A stretch of 63,934 bases of DNA, counting the filler, from Aduncisulcus paluster (lineage: Eukaryota), in NCBI GenBank assembly GCA_024181965.1. It is 12 parts of 12 records of this genome, joined end to end, with 100 filler letters (N's around TTAATTAATTAA, not from the genome) between each part and the next. Parts side by side here need not be neighbours in the genome. Positions count along the whole stretch, not along the records: positions 10,318 to 14,460 come from BQXS01011548.1; positions 14,561 to 18,251 come from BQXS01011549.1; positions 18,352 to 20,687 come from BQXS01011550.1; positions 20,788 to 45,122 come from BQXS01011551.1; 8 more parts are not named here. One strand, given 5' to 3'. The notes beneath the pieces were generated by a model, which was not told the origin of the DNA, searched no databases, and was given only the letters and a program-made list of their open reading frames with translations. The position numbers and the translations under genes were made by a program. Shown here piece by piece: positions 12,741-24,600 of the stretch. How positions within the stretch are numbered: position 1 is the first letter of the stretch; each line of letters starts with the position of its first letter.

Positions 12741-13832
12741 TTATTTATCGACAATATACTTGACTTTGGGCTCACTTTCCTTTTTCTCCCATTTCTTCAA
12801 TTGCTTCCGTTCTTCCTTTGTAGCAGTTCCATTATAGAGTTTTTGAGTCAGCTTACGGCGGTAATCGGCAATTTCTTTCCATCTTTCTTCTTGTTTCTCC
12901 TCTCTTTTCTCTTGAGCCTTCTTCTTGTCAACGAGGGAACGGACTCTCTTAATTTCATTACTTTCCTTTTGAGAAAATATAAATTTGGTATAATTGGCTC
13001 TAATATTCATCACCAAATCGATGCATTTCTTGATAATAGCGGAATCTTCTTCAGCAGAAGCAAAACCCTTGCTTCCGATTTTAATAACGAAACGGATGTA
13101 GGCTTTGGCTCCAACATGCTTGTAAACACATTCATTGCCACAATAAAAGTACATGAAGGAGTCTCCAAGCGTGGAAATGGTCTTACGGATTGCCGGAGTA
13201 AGGATTCTAGTGGTACTAGCAATCTCGGACTTGATTAAGACGTTATCAAGAGGATCGGTGGATTCAGTGCCACGGAAGTTAATAGTCTGACCTTTGTAAA
13301 CGGTAGTAGTCTCCTTTAAGAAGTCAGAATATTTCTCTTCGATTATACCCTTAGCTTGGGGGTGGAAAGCACATAAAGTGAGATCCTGAGACTTAAACAA
13401 TGGGATATCGATTGTTATGAGATCAGAAACTTTATGGAAATGCCTCCAGAACATGTAAGTAGGGTCTTCACGGGGACAAGTGTTAAGAGTAACTAAGCAA
13501 CCGTAAGAATTCTTATTACCAGTAGCATAGATCTTGTAAACTTCATTACTTTCACAGATAATGGCATTTGAAACAGTCTCAAAGTGGGATTTCAAAGAAT
13601 GAGTGGCTGCGGCAGTAAGAGTGTTGTATGCATATTTTTTGTTAATTTTCTTTCCAATAATAGATACAATTAAAGCAATCAGCAAAATAAAACCACAAAT
13701 CACATCAAGCTTGTTGTTTTTCCAAATGTCAAAAAGACTTGGTAAAGCTTCAATTCCAATGAGTTTGCAGAGTTTTGCAATATTTCCATCCAAAAATGAA
13801 ATGAACTTCTTTAATATGCGATCGACCTTCAT
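12741..13832 (-). CDS. CCDC47: CCDC47/DUF1682 PAT-complex subunit
   Basis: Single TM segment then GKKINKKYA, ESNEVYKIYATG...LVTLNTCPRED, and a charged C-terminal coil; first ATG at 13832. Confidence 0.75.
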   Translation of the reverse strand: MKVDRILKKFISFLDGNIAKLCKLIGIEALPSLFDIWKNNKLDVICGFILLIALIVSIIGKKINKKYAYNTLTAAATHSLKSHFETVSNAIICESNEVYKIYATGNKNSYGCLVTLNTCPREDPTYMFWRHFHKVSDLITIDIPLFKSQDLTLCAFHPQAKGIIEEKYSDFLKETTTVYKGQTINFRGTESTDPLDNVLIKSEIASTTRILTPAIRKTISTLGDSFMYFYCGNECVYKHVGAKAYIRFVIKIGSKGFASAEEDSAIIKKCIDLVMNIRANYTKFIFSQKESNEIKRVRSLVDKKKAQEKREEKQEERWKEIADYRRKLTQKLYNGTATKEERKQLKKWEKKESEPKVKYIVDK

Positions 13833-14302
13833 CGTTTTCGAGGGCAAGAGAGCGATTTCGATTTTACACAAGGATAAAGATTGCAAAGGGAAATATTAGA
13901 ACAGGAAAATAAATCGATAAGGAGAACGCAGTTTAATTTCGATTTTGTTTCATGTAAAAGGTAATAGGGAGCGCCTTCCCGAATTCTATTTTCGTTTTCC
14001 TGATTTGACCAAAGAAACTTAATTTCATAGACAATTTAATCAGCTATTGGTTCTAATTTCTATAAAATTTGTGGTAAAATTTGCATTGCTCGATGAATGG
14101 ATCACGCAAAAATTCCTTCACTCTGCTGCCCATCAGGCAATACATTACCCATGTTTATTAAAAATTTCAACCAACCAATAAAATAAATATTTTGATTTGT
14201 CGGCATTTTGTGAATTTTTTGTTATTCCGAATCAATATATCTGCAAATTTTTCAATTTTACAACGGCGCACTTGTTTTGATCGAATTCACACAAATATCA
14301 CA

Positions 14303-14460
14303 ATGAGTTCGTCCAAAAGCGATCAAAGAGCTGTCGTGCGGATGACTGTTCGATTGTTAGATGTATTTCAAGCGATAAATAACCATTATTATGCAAACAA
14401 AGAAAAAATGTTGTCTCTATGCGCGTGGGATGACCCAAATCACAATTTAAAGATCGTTCA
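14303..14460 (+). CDS. DYRK1/Yak1-like kinase N-terminal fragment (3'-partial)
   Basis: AVVRMTVRLLDVFQAINNHYY...WDDPNHNLKI resembles the DYRK1 [20 protein letters not shown] segment and DH box. Confidence 0.6.
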
Positions 14461-14560
14461 NNNNNNNNNNNNNNNNNNNNNNNNNNNNNNNNNNNNNNNN
14501 NNNNTTAATTAATTAANNNNNNNNNNNNNNNNNNNNNNNNNNNNNNNNNNNNNNNNNNNN

Positions 14561-17066
14561 AATACAATCAGAATGCACAGAAGCAGCATCCATACCAGCA
14601 TCGACAACACATTGTGAACTAGGATATGCAACAAGTGTATCGACACATGATGGGGCAGACGAGGCAGATTGTGAAGCATCGAGGGAGACACATGTTGGTG
14701 GATCAGACGAAGACGAGGAAGAAGAAGAAGAAGAAGAAGAAGAAGAAGAGTTATAATCACGATAACTAAACAGGGCACACTCGACCTGATACTCATCCGT
14801 CCACACTTCACGGCACACAACATTGTCCGACGGTGTCATGGAAGACAGAGCATCGGAACAGTGTGCACAATACGACGAATCTTGATCAATCAAAGAAGCA
14901 CTGCTACCCACATTCACGGAGAGATCTGGCGAAAGAGGGAACAGTGCAGCATACACAGTGTCGGACACATTGCACAGCTTGTTCTCACGCACGTCAAGCG
15001 AAGACAGACCAGAGATCGGGAACAAGAGCGAGATGTCCGTGAGACCATTCGAACGGATGGACAGTGTGGACAATGCTGGGAACATGCTGAGCGAACGCAA
15101 GGAAGTGTCACATAATCCAACAGAATCAAGGGTTAATGTCGTCAGAGAGGATAGGGAGGACAATGTTGTCAGGGAGGAAAAGAGTGTTGTGGATAAGGGG
15201 TTGTTGCTGAGGTTGAGCTTTATCAATGCATTCATGGAGGAGAGGGCAGAAATATCGGTTATTATCATTATCAAAGAGCTCTAACTCGATAATACTTGAT
15301 ATTCCCGATAAGGAAGAAATGTCTGAGATATTGTTCGAGGAAAGATATAAATATTGTAACTCATCCATTTCAGCTAATGATATAATTGAAGATATGGTAT
15401 TGTTTGCAAGATGGAGATAACACAACCTTTTCATTGAACTCAGAAAAGAAATATCAGAGATGTTGTTGTCTTGAATTTGCAAAAATAACAATTCTTCCAT
15501 TCCAGGCAAATATGAGATATCAGATACATTATTATTATTAAGAGACAAGAATGTTAGATTCATCAAATCAAGTAACCACTCAATATTCTCAATATTATTA
15601 GAACCAAGATGTAAATATGTGAGGCCAACTAAATTCTGTAAATAGCTAATATCAGAGATTTGGTTAACATTCAAATTTAGTCTCTCAAGACTCACCATTC
15701 CATATAGAGCAGAGATATCCGAGATGTTATTGTTATAGAGATATAGATATTCTAAATCATCCATGTTTGACAAAGAATCAATGGAAGTAATCTGATTAGA
15801 TCCAAGTTCCAAAGTTGTCAATTTCACCAAATTCTCCAATGGTCTTACATCAGAGATTTGATTGTGGTACAAATGTAAATAGGTCAGATTCACCATTCCG
15901 GATAGAGCAGAGATATCTGAGATAGCATTGTTATATAGATGTAACTGAATTAGCTTTGTTTTACCTGATAAAGAAGAGATATCCGAGATATCATTATAAC
16001 AGAGATACAAATACTGTAAATCTATCAGATCGACCAATGAATCGATCGAATCTATTTCATTAAAACAAAGGTGCAAATATGTCAGCTTTGTCAAAGAACT
16101 CAAATGAGAGATATCAGATATTTGGTTCGAATTAAGTGCTAAAGTTGTTAACTCTGTTAACTCAGACAAAGGAGAAATGTCTGAAATATTGTTTGTACCA
16201 AGGTACAAAATTGACAGCTTTGACATTCCAGATAGAGCAGAGATATCTGAGATATTGTTGGATGCCAATCTAAGGTAAGTGAGATTAGTGATGTTGACAA
16301 GAGGTGAGACATCTGAGATCCTATTTGAATATAGAGATAGAGTTGTTAGGTTTATCATTCCATATAGAGCAGAAATATCCGAGATGTTATTGTTATGGAG
16401 ATACAGATATTCTAAATCATCCAAGTTTGACAAAGAATCAATGGATGTAATCTGATTAGATCCAAGTTCCAAAGTTGTCAATTTCACGAAACTTTCCAAT
16501 GGGCTTACATCAGAGATTTGATTGTTGTACAAATGCAAATACGTCAGATTCACCATTCCGGATAGGGCAGAGATATCTGATATAATACTGTCTCGCAAGG
16601 TCAACTCAATAAGCTGCTCTTCGACACCACTCAAAGAACCAAGAACAATATGAGAGTCTGTCAGACCAGTATTTGTCAGATCAAGCTTTGTCAACATTGT
16701 GAATGTGGATAAAGACACATCCTCAGAGAGTACCATGTTCCTCAGATACAACGTGGATAGGGAAGACGATGGAAGATACCCAATCTCTGTCGAGTCAATC
16801 TCAAGGTTAGATGTGGATGTGCCATCGATGGTGAGTGATGCAAGGTTCGTAGCACAAGACAGCCCTTCGAAGGTGTCAACAGAGGATGCACTGAGAGTTG
16901 TCAACGACAGCATGTCAATGTTGGTTATGACGGAACAATCGGAGAGGCCAATAGAATCAACAAGAGCAGAACACACGCCAGCTCGAAGGTTTGCATCGGG
17001 GATAGATATTTCAACTTCAGCCGAGACGATGCGGATCGATGAACATATGACCATGAGGAAGAGCAT
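14561..17066 (-). CDS. Secreted/surface internalin-like LRR protein with Cys-rich C-terminal region; frameshift near 15265; start uncertain; 3'-partial
   Basis: Signal-like MLFLMVICSSIRIVSA, cap IPDANLRAGVC, more than 20 22-aa LxxLxLxxNxISDISxL repeats; the repeat register continues in ORF 14513..15274. Confidence 0.85.
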
Positions 17067-18351
17067 TCGAGTGAATATCAATAACAAACGATGGTCATGA
17101 GCAGCATGATTGTTCTGACTTAAAGTATTCGGCAACCTCAAAGAACGAATAGCATACAATGAAGGCTCTGGTTCTCGTTCAGCACGAAGCTTTGTCTTTG
17201 AGGACGAGGAAGAAGCTGGACGAAAAGAGATAGAAAAAGGAGAGAAACGGTTGGTAAAAACAAAAGATAATAGTAGCAATAACAAAGAAGGGATGATAAG
17301 AGGATGGCTCATATGGACATGATCCATCACAAAGGACAGAGAAGGAAACACGAGAAGAAATACGGGAAGAAAGAAGAGAAGAAACACGAGAAGAAAGACA
17401 AAAAATAGTGGAGATGTTGTCATGCTCGGTGCTGCTTCAGAGTCATCTTGGGAGGATGGGGGTGGTGAAGGAAATGGGGGAGGAGCTTCTGGAGATATTG
17501 GAGATTCTAGACACTCTGGAGCTTCTGGAGATACTATTGACAATGGGTGATAACGAAGGACACAATGCACCAAAATATCAGGAGAACAACATCTCACATG
17601 GTCACAAAAAGGGCAGGATTTCGCATTCTTACATAAACATCCAGAAAGGGAGCGGGAATGGGGATCGAAATCATAGCAATGAGAAACGGAATTCAATGGA
17701 TAAAAATGGTGTGGATATGAACATATCACCTGAGATTCTTTGTCATCAAAAATAAATAAAGGGGAATTCTGAAACGATAAACACGATAGATACAAAGAAT
17801 CTTCTAGAGAACAAAATAATAACTTAGAGCCACAAAGTTCGACGAAACAATTGGACATAAACATTTTAGATATAAAATAATCGGGTTGGTTGGTAGAGAA
17901 AATAGACATTCACGACTATCGGATTTTGAAAAAGGGAAAAAGAGCTTACACGACTAAATCCAGATAAGAATAAACAAATGATCTTGTCAAGTGGGATATA
18001 GAAGAAAATAAAACATACTTTCGATCAAAGGGGTGCCTTGGATGTTTTCAAACTGGCGATAGAGAGGAGCGTCACATTTTGACATTCTTGTAGACTCTTG
18101 GCATGGCAGAAGATCCGATCTGGGGAATAAAAATAAATGAAAATGTATTTATTATCCGCAGAAACAGTAAATAATTTATTAGTTAAGCCATGGATAAAAA
18201 AAAAGATCATCAATCGGTAGGATATCGTTAAGATCACATAAATCCACTGCANNNNNNNNNNNNNNNNNNNNNNNNNNNNNNNNNNNNNNNNNNNNTTAAT
18301 TAATTAANNNNNNNNNNNNNNNNNNNNNNNNNNNNNNNNNNNNNNNNNNNN

Positions 18352-18820
18352 GAGCAATTCTCCAGAATGAGGTTTGGAAGAGGGATTTATCAGAAACCGT
18401 GCTATCTTCGCTGGAAGTGTCTCCAGAAAATGACTCCACTTCACTTGTTGCAGTCACGTCTCTTCTGCGAAATTCTTTCAACAGGTCTGATAATCCTTGA
18501 CCAATGGCTCCATGGGTTGAGATAGCAACCGGAATTACTCCGAAGTATTGTATAGCTACGCTCCTCCTCATAGAGTCAATTGATTCAAGGGTCACCGAGT
18601 CTGCCTGGTCGTCGTTCTGCCCGTCTTTGTATAGTCGGTTCGTAGTTTGACTTTCTTGAGCCTGCCTTTCTCTCTGTCTCCTGGTCAAGACTGCTGCTCT
18701 TGATCGACCATATTTAATGATCTTTTTTCTCTCCAGTGAGTTCAGGAATGTATCAGCTTTCTGGGTTTTGTGGTCGGGTCTCTCCTCGGTTTCCGTTTGG
18801 TTTGTGACTGATATGGGCAC
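18352..18820 (-). mobile_element. Probable non-LTR retrotransposon C-terminal restriction-like endonuclease remnant
   Basis: LERKKIIKYG...FGVIPVAISTHGAIG...FWR resembles the KxxKY...FxPxxxxTxG end of RLE-type (CRE/R2-like) elements; upstream part degenerate. Confidence 0.45.
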
Positions 18821-19113
18821 CCTATCACCACATTCACGAGAAGAAGAGGAAGAGGAGGGTTTGCAGCACGATCTTTCCCAGCAACAGTACAGTAATCATC
18901 TCATCGAGAGCAATATCAATGGAATAAGACAATTCTCAGAACCAAGAACCAAAGATCTCACTCTGCCCCGTTTGGAGGGCATGTTTCTGGATAAGAGATA
19001 GCTCCACAGATTAGAAACCTTATCTCCTTCCTTAAGCGGAGAAATACGAACCAATACCAGATTTATGTCCCATTATTTCAGTAAATGTGGCAATGTTATT
19101 GTTTGTTCTAATC

Positions 19114-20260
19114 TTAACAAGACGATATATAGTCAAACAACGCAAGAAAGCAACCCATGGATCTGGAACTGCTCTTCACGGGAAAGGATGGTATAACTTC
19201 TATCGAGTAATCGGTTTTTAATGTGGAATCTCTACACTCAAGTATGTAGGTGTCGGTGATTGTTTGAACTCTCCATTTGATGTTGTTCTTCACATTAATG
19301 TTGTTCGTCAGTGATGAATAAGGGAAGTTCTGCTCCATCCGCTTGCACACTCACAGATCCACAGCCTGTCAGTGCATCCCTTCCCCTGAGCATGCTCTCT
19401 TCGTCATGTGGGGTGTACACATGGGATGTAGGGGGGATCAGAGACGTGTAGAAGGAAGTTAGTTCTTCCGTACGTCCATCGTATTCGCCTAGATCGGAAT
19501 GGGGGTGAGATTTGATTCTGCCACTCAAGCCATTGGCGCATTCTTTGCATAGTTTTGAGTGTACTTTGCAATACTCGGCTAAAGTGGACCGGGGAGTCGA
19601 ATAAGCAACAGAATCACGACCTTCACTGATCCTGAGAAGGAAGGGGGCAAGTTGAGAAATATCATGGTTGGATACATCCGCAAGGGACTCAAGAGATGGC
19701 AAATGCTTGCTTGTATCATATTGTAAATGTAAACTTTCATCTTCAGTTTTCATATCTTCTCGATCAACTTTTCCTTTTTGTTCCCAAACTTTCCTTTCCT
19801 CGTCACAAGTTGTATGCATTTTTTGAACAAGATTTAAGACGTTTGCTACCCGAGTAGCAGCTTCAGAGGGCTTAATATCTTGCTTTTCAAGCTTTTGAAC
19901 AGGAACAGACTGGGGAATATCTTTTGATGGGAGGAGAAATGAAGATAACTGCTTCTTGATATCTTCTCGGTCGTCAGAGTATTGAACTGGCTTTGATGGA
20001 TCGAGCTTGACATATTGTGCCAATTTTCTCACTTTTTCAACCAGAGGACTGATCTTGAGAGGGATGTCGGATCTACAATCATTAATCCAGAAAATTTACA
20101 TAATAAGTCATAATCACACAAATTTGGGCAAACGCAACCCAGGTGCCGATATGAAAGAAATAAATTGGACATACAATTTAGTGGGAAAATGCTTAGGATT
20201 CAAAACTTCTTGGATTTCCCTTTCAATTTCACCAATCTTGTCAAGCAATTCTATATTCAT
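19114..20260 (-). CDS. Hypothetical protein, two exons (intron 20073..20174), frameshift near 19345
   Basis: ATG 20260; exon 1 MNIELLDKIGEIEREIQEVLNPKHFPTK splices via GTATGT...TAG in frame to LSDIPLKISPLVEKVRKLAQ; C-terminus appears to continue in ORF 19114..19350. Confidence 0.65.
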
Positions 20261-20787
20261 TATGAAGGGGAAAAATCTTTAATAAGTTTCGAATATGTTT
20301 AAAATCACAAAGAAAGAGACGTTTTGATTTTGAATCACGATCCAAAGGCGAATACACCATTATAAATTAGATAATTATATTCCTTTATTCATTTTTAAAC
20401 ATAATATCATATTTGATGGACGATTTCATTTTCCACTAAGATGGAAGATTCTTTTCCTTTATATTGATGGATTCGATTGATGTATATATCATTAGCATCA
20501 TGTTATAGTGCTAAAACAAGCTTGAATACAAGTGGAATTGTATTATATTCGTCAATTCCTTCTAGAATTACGGCTAAAACTGATTTTTTCTGTACTGTTG
20601 GAATTGTTGATGATTCAATCCCTTTTCATACTCCAATTCGATTATCTATTTTTATATCACCCACTAAAGATGCTATTCCTTTCCATTNNNNNNNNNNNNN
20701 NNNNNNNNNNNNNNNNNNNNNNNNNNNNNNNTTAATTAATTAANNNNNNNNNNNNNNNNNNNNNNNNNNNNNNNNNNNNNNNNNNNN

Positions 20788-21041
20788 GACATAGGAGGAC
20801 ACTCAATGACGGTAGCAGCTTCAACAACATCCTTCTTGTTAAGGATGGAACCGGGTCTAGTAACTTCACGAACAACGTGAGTCATACCAGCCTTGTAACC
20901 CATGAAAGCGGTAAGATGGGGCTTGGCTTCGACCTTGTCCTTGGGGAAAGAACGAACCTTACCTCTGGCCTTCTTGGCACGCTTACGGGGAAGGAATCCA
21001 AGGGATCCGTGACGAGGGGCTTCAAATTTACGGTGACTCAT
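20788..21041 (-). CDS. RPL3: 60S ribosomal protein L3 (uL3), 3'-partial
   Basis: [21 protein letters not shown]...[14 protein letters not shown]. Confidence 0.98.
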
Positions 21042-21073
21042 TTTTTAAAATTAAGATACTGCTAACTGAGCGC

Positions 21074-21089
21074 AAAAAGGAAAGAGAAG
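21074..21089 (-). promoter_or_regulatory. 5'TOP-like pyrimidine tract upstream of RPL3
   Basis: CTTCTCTTTCCTTTTT starting 48 nt before the ATG. Confidence 0.35.
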
Positions 21090-21696
21090 TGATTGTTTCA
21101 ATTCTCATGGCTAAAAATAGATCACTTGACATAAATGTTATAATTCTTTTAGAAATATGTATTAAGGATCACAAACTTAACAAATTTATGGAATGTTTTC
21201 GATGTAAATTGTGTTTCAGTCCGTACTACGACTCCATAGGGTAAATTTTAAATCTCAGATTTGTGTTGGCTACAGAAAAGGGGTTATTTTTCTTAAAAAG
21301 TCGGATGAGCCTCTGAAATCGTGAATTAAATAAGACAATAAAATTTTAAAAAATAATATTTTGTTGGTAGGATTGCTTTCAAGGCACTTTTAAACTTTGA
21401 ATGAAAGTTGTTCTCGTGGAGGCTCAGCCTTGATGCCATTGCTCATGAAAATATCATGATATTATTCAACAAATACTGTACTATCTGATAATTTATTCTT
21501 TTTCAACTATTGTGCTGTCAAGAGCCTCTAATAGAGATTGGGTACTCCCTCGTCCAATTATAGAACCAGGAATATAAAATTGATTTATTCAAATTTATAT
21601 GAGTAAATCCACATGATGATATTCTATAAAATGCAAATTAAATTAAATATTTCGGGCTTTTGATAATTTGATTGGGAACTGTGTATTTTGCGAGGT

Positions 21697-24600
21697 ATGA
21701 AGCCCGGAAAATATGTAGGTTGGCTCCTTAATGCCAGCCAAAATGGGATGTTAATTAATTTATACTTTATTAGAGAGATAGGAGGGGAATTCGAGATAAC
21801 TCTAGAATTCTCTCCTTATTTCCTCATTGAAGTGAATAGACCTGATCAAGAAAAGACACTTGAATCTCTACTCAAGCGGGAATTTTCTGGAATTAGTTCC
21901 ATTCGTTCTATAACAAAAGAGTGTCTTGAAGATCCTAGACATATAAGTGGTAGACTTTCACAATATTTGAGGGTTGAATGTTACACCGATAACGATGTCC
22001 GTCAAATTTCTCGGGCCATTATGGTCGCCAAACAAACTTATGAGGCAAGCCAAGATTCTGAGCAAGGAGATCCCTTGGGCAATATTCCTGGGGCCAGTTA
22101 CGGAATGAATGACGATGACTTCGCCATTGACAGCACTTTATTGGCCTCTTTTCTTGGAGACACAACTGAATCCAAATCTTCACATCACAAAGGTTCCAAA
22201 GGTCAACCTGGACATAAAGATGATTCAAAAGACTCTATCATGAAAATAGGTTCCATGGTCAGCGATATTCGTGAATATGATGTTATGTACCTCCAAAGAG
22301 TTATGATTGAACTCAATATCCGTATTGGAAAATGGTATGAAGTCAACGTCACTGCTGAGGGTAATTTTATTACTCCAATCCCCGATATTGAGGCCAGGCC
22401 CAGTCTTAAGGTACTTGCATATGATATCGAAACAACCAAGAAACCACTCAAATTTCCAGATAGTAATTCTGATAGTGTTATGATGATTTCTTATATGACT
22501 TGTGGTCGAGGATATCTCATCGTCAATCGTGCTGTTGTATCGGAAGATATCGATGATTTTGAATATACTCCGAAGAACGAATATGTTGGAAAGTTTAAGG
22601 TCTGGAATTGTCCATCTGAAGAAGCTACCCTGTTGAAATTCCTTGAGCATTGTAGAGAAGTTTCGCCACACATCTATGTTACTTACAATGGAGATTTCTT
22701 CGATTGGCCTTTCATTGAACGACGTTGCCAAATGTATGGAATAGACATGGAACTATATATCGGTGTTTTCCATACCAGTGATCGGAGAGAGATGGACAGG
22801 AGACTTGAGGAAGAGATGCAACTCAAGGCAAGGGCAAAAGGGAAGGAAGAAGAGGATGATGAAGTGGTATTCGGACAGCGAATGAAGAGTAAGGAAAGGT
22901 TGCGAGAAGATGAAGAGAAGAAAGAAGATATCAGAAAAGCTGAAAAGGCATTCAAACCAAAATCATGGAGCAGTTCAGCCCTTTTTTGGCAATGGAAAGA
23001 GTCAGTTAAATCCTTTCATGAGCTTCGTACGACTGTGGGTCTCTCGGAAACTTCGAAACCACCCACAATACCTCCCAAGAGAGNNNNNNNNNNNNNNNNN
23101 NNNGGGAAGGAAGAAGAGGATGATGAAGTGGTATTCGGACAGCGAATGAAGAGTAAGGAAAGGTTGCGAGAAGATGAAGAGAAGAAAGAAGATATCAGAA
23201 AAGCTGAAAAGGCATTCAAACCAAAATCATGGAGCAGTTCAGCCCTTTTTTGGCAATGGAAAGAGTCAGTTAAATCCTTTCATGAGCTTCGTACGACTGT
23301 GGGTCTCTCGGAAACTTCGAAACCACCCACAATACCTCCCAAGAGAGATAATAGCAACGATAAGGATTATTATACGGCATTCAAGGCACCTCACTTGGAT
23401 GCCTTTAAATGGGTGAAGCGAGATTCTTACCTTCCTCAGGGAAGCCAGGGTCTTAAAGCCGTTACTCGTGAGAAACTCAAGTATAATCCACTTGAACTTG
23501 ATCCCGAGGATATGACTCCATTCGCTGCTCTTCATCCCCAAGTTCTGGCCTCATACTCAGTATCAGATGCCGTAGCAACATACTATTTGTACCAGAAATA
23601 TGTACATCCATTCATTTTTGCTCTGTGTACCATTATTCCTCTGACACCTGAATTGGTCCTCAGAAGTGGAAGTGGAACGTTGTGTGAATCCTTGCTCATG
23701 TCTAAAGCTTTCGAGGAAGGTATCGTCTATCCAAATAAGCAGAAAAATCCCCCTCTAACATACCACAAAGGTCGTATGCTCGATACTAGCACTTACATTG
23801 GTGGTAGAGTTGAAGCCCTACGAAGTGGAGTCTTCAGGAACGATTGTGAGTATTTATTTGAATTAGATCCATCGGGATATGATTACCTTATTGATAAGCT
23901 GGACAAAGACCTCATCTTTTCGTTGCGACAAGATTGTGCAGTCGTTGGTGACTCAGACTCTGAAGTTATAGCTCAGGTCAAGAATTACGCAGAAATTCGT
24001 GCAAACTGTATTAAAAAACTTGAATCCCTTCGTGATTGTCCTGTCCAGACCTCCAAACCATACATTTATCATCTTGATGTTGGAGCTATGTACCCATCGA
24101 TTATTCTTACAAATCGTATGCAACCCCCATCTGTGGTTTCCAAAGAACGATGTGAATGTTGTATTTTCAATCCCAAGGGTTGTGTGGAAAATCCCATGTG
24201 TCAGAGGAAAATGATTTGGCGATGGAGGGCAAATGCATTCGCAGCAACACGAGGGGAAGTCAAACAACGAATCGCAGCGATCGAAAGCCGGAATCCAGTA
24301 ATTCCGACCCGAACGAAACGTGAAGTTAATTATTCATTTGCTTCCGAAGATGATAAAGCCGCTTATTTGAAGAAAGAGATCGGACTGTATTGTCGTAAAA
24401 CATACGGTAAAACTCACGAAGAGCTCAATGAATATAGGACAGTTGTCATGTGTCAAAGAGAAACACCTTTCTATGTCAACACTGTGCGATCTTTCAAAGA
24501 TGAACGTTTTAAGTATAAGAAATTGCAGAAAAAAGCCTTCAAAAATATGATGAAATACAAGGCCATCCAAGGACCTGAGTACCTTCGAGCCTGTGACAAC

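Noticed and set aside
9510-20628. Stop-codon reassignment suggested by in-frame TGA at 9510-9512 and 20626-20628 (WKGI versus *KGI) and TAA in the kinesin leader
   Set aside because: Long conserved genes have no internal stops and use TGG for Trp; TAA ends EF-1alpha and PABP, and TGA ends the integrase ORF. The cases lie in TE-like or fragmentary sequence.
21599-21694. Possible 5' intron in POLE (ATG A/GTAAAT...GAG/GT ATG)
   Set aside because: In frame but unnecessary; ATG 21697 suffices and there is no supporting evidence.
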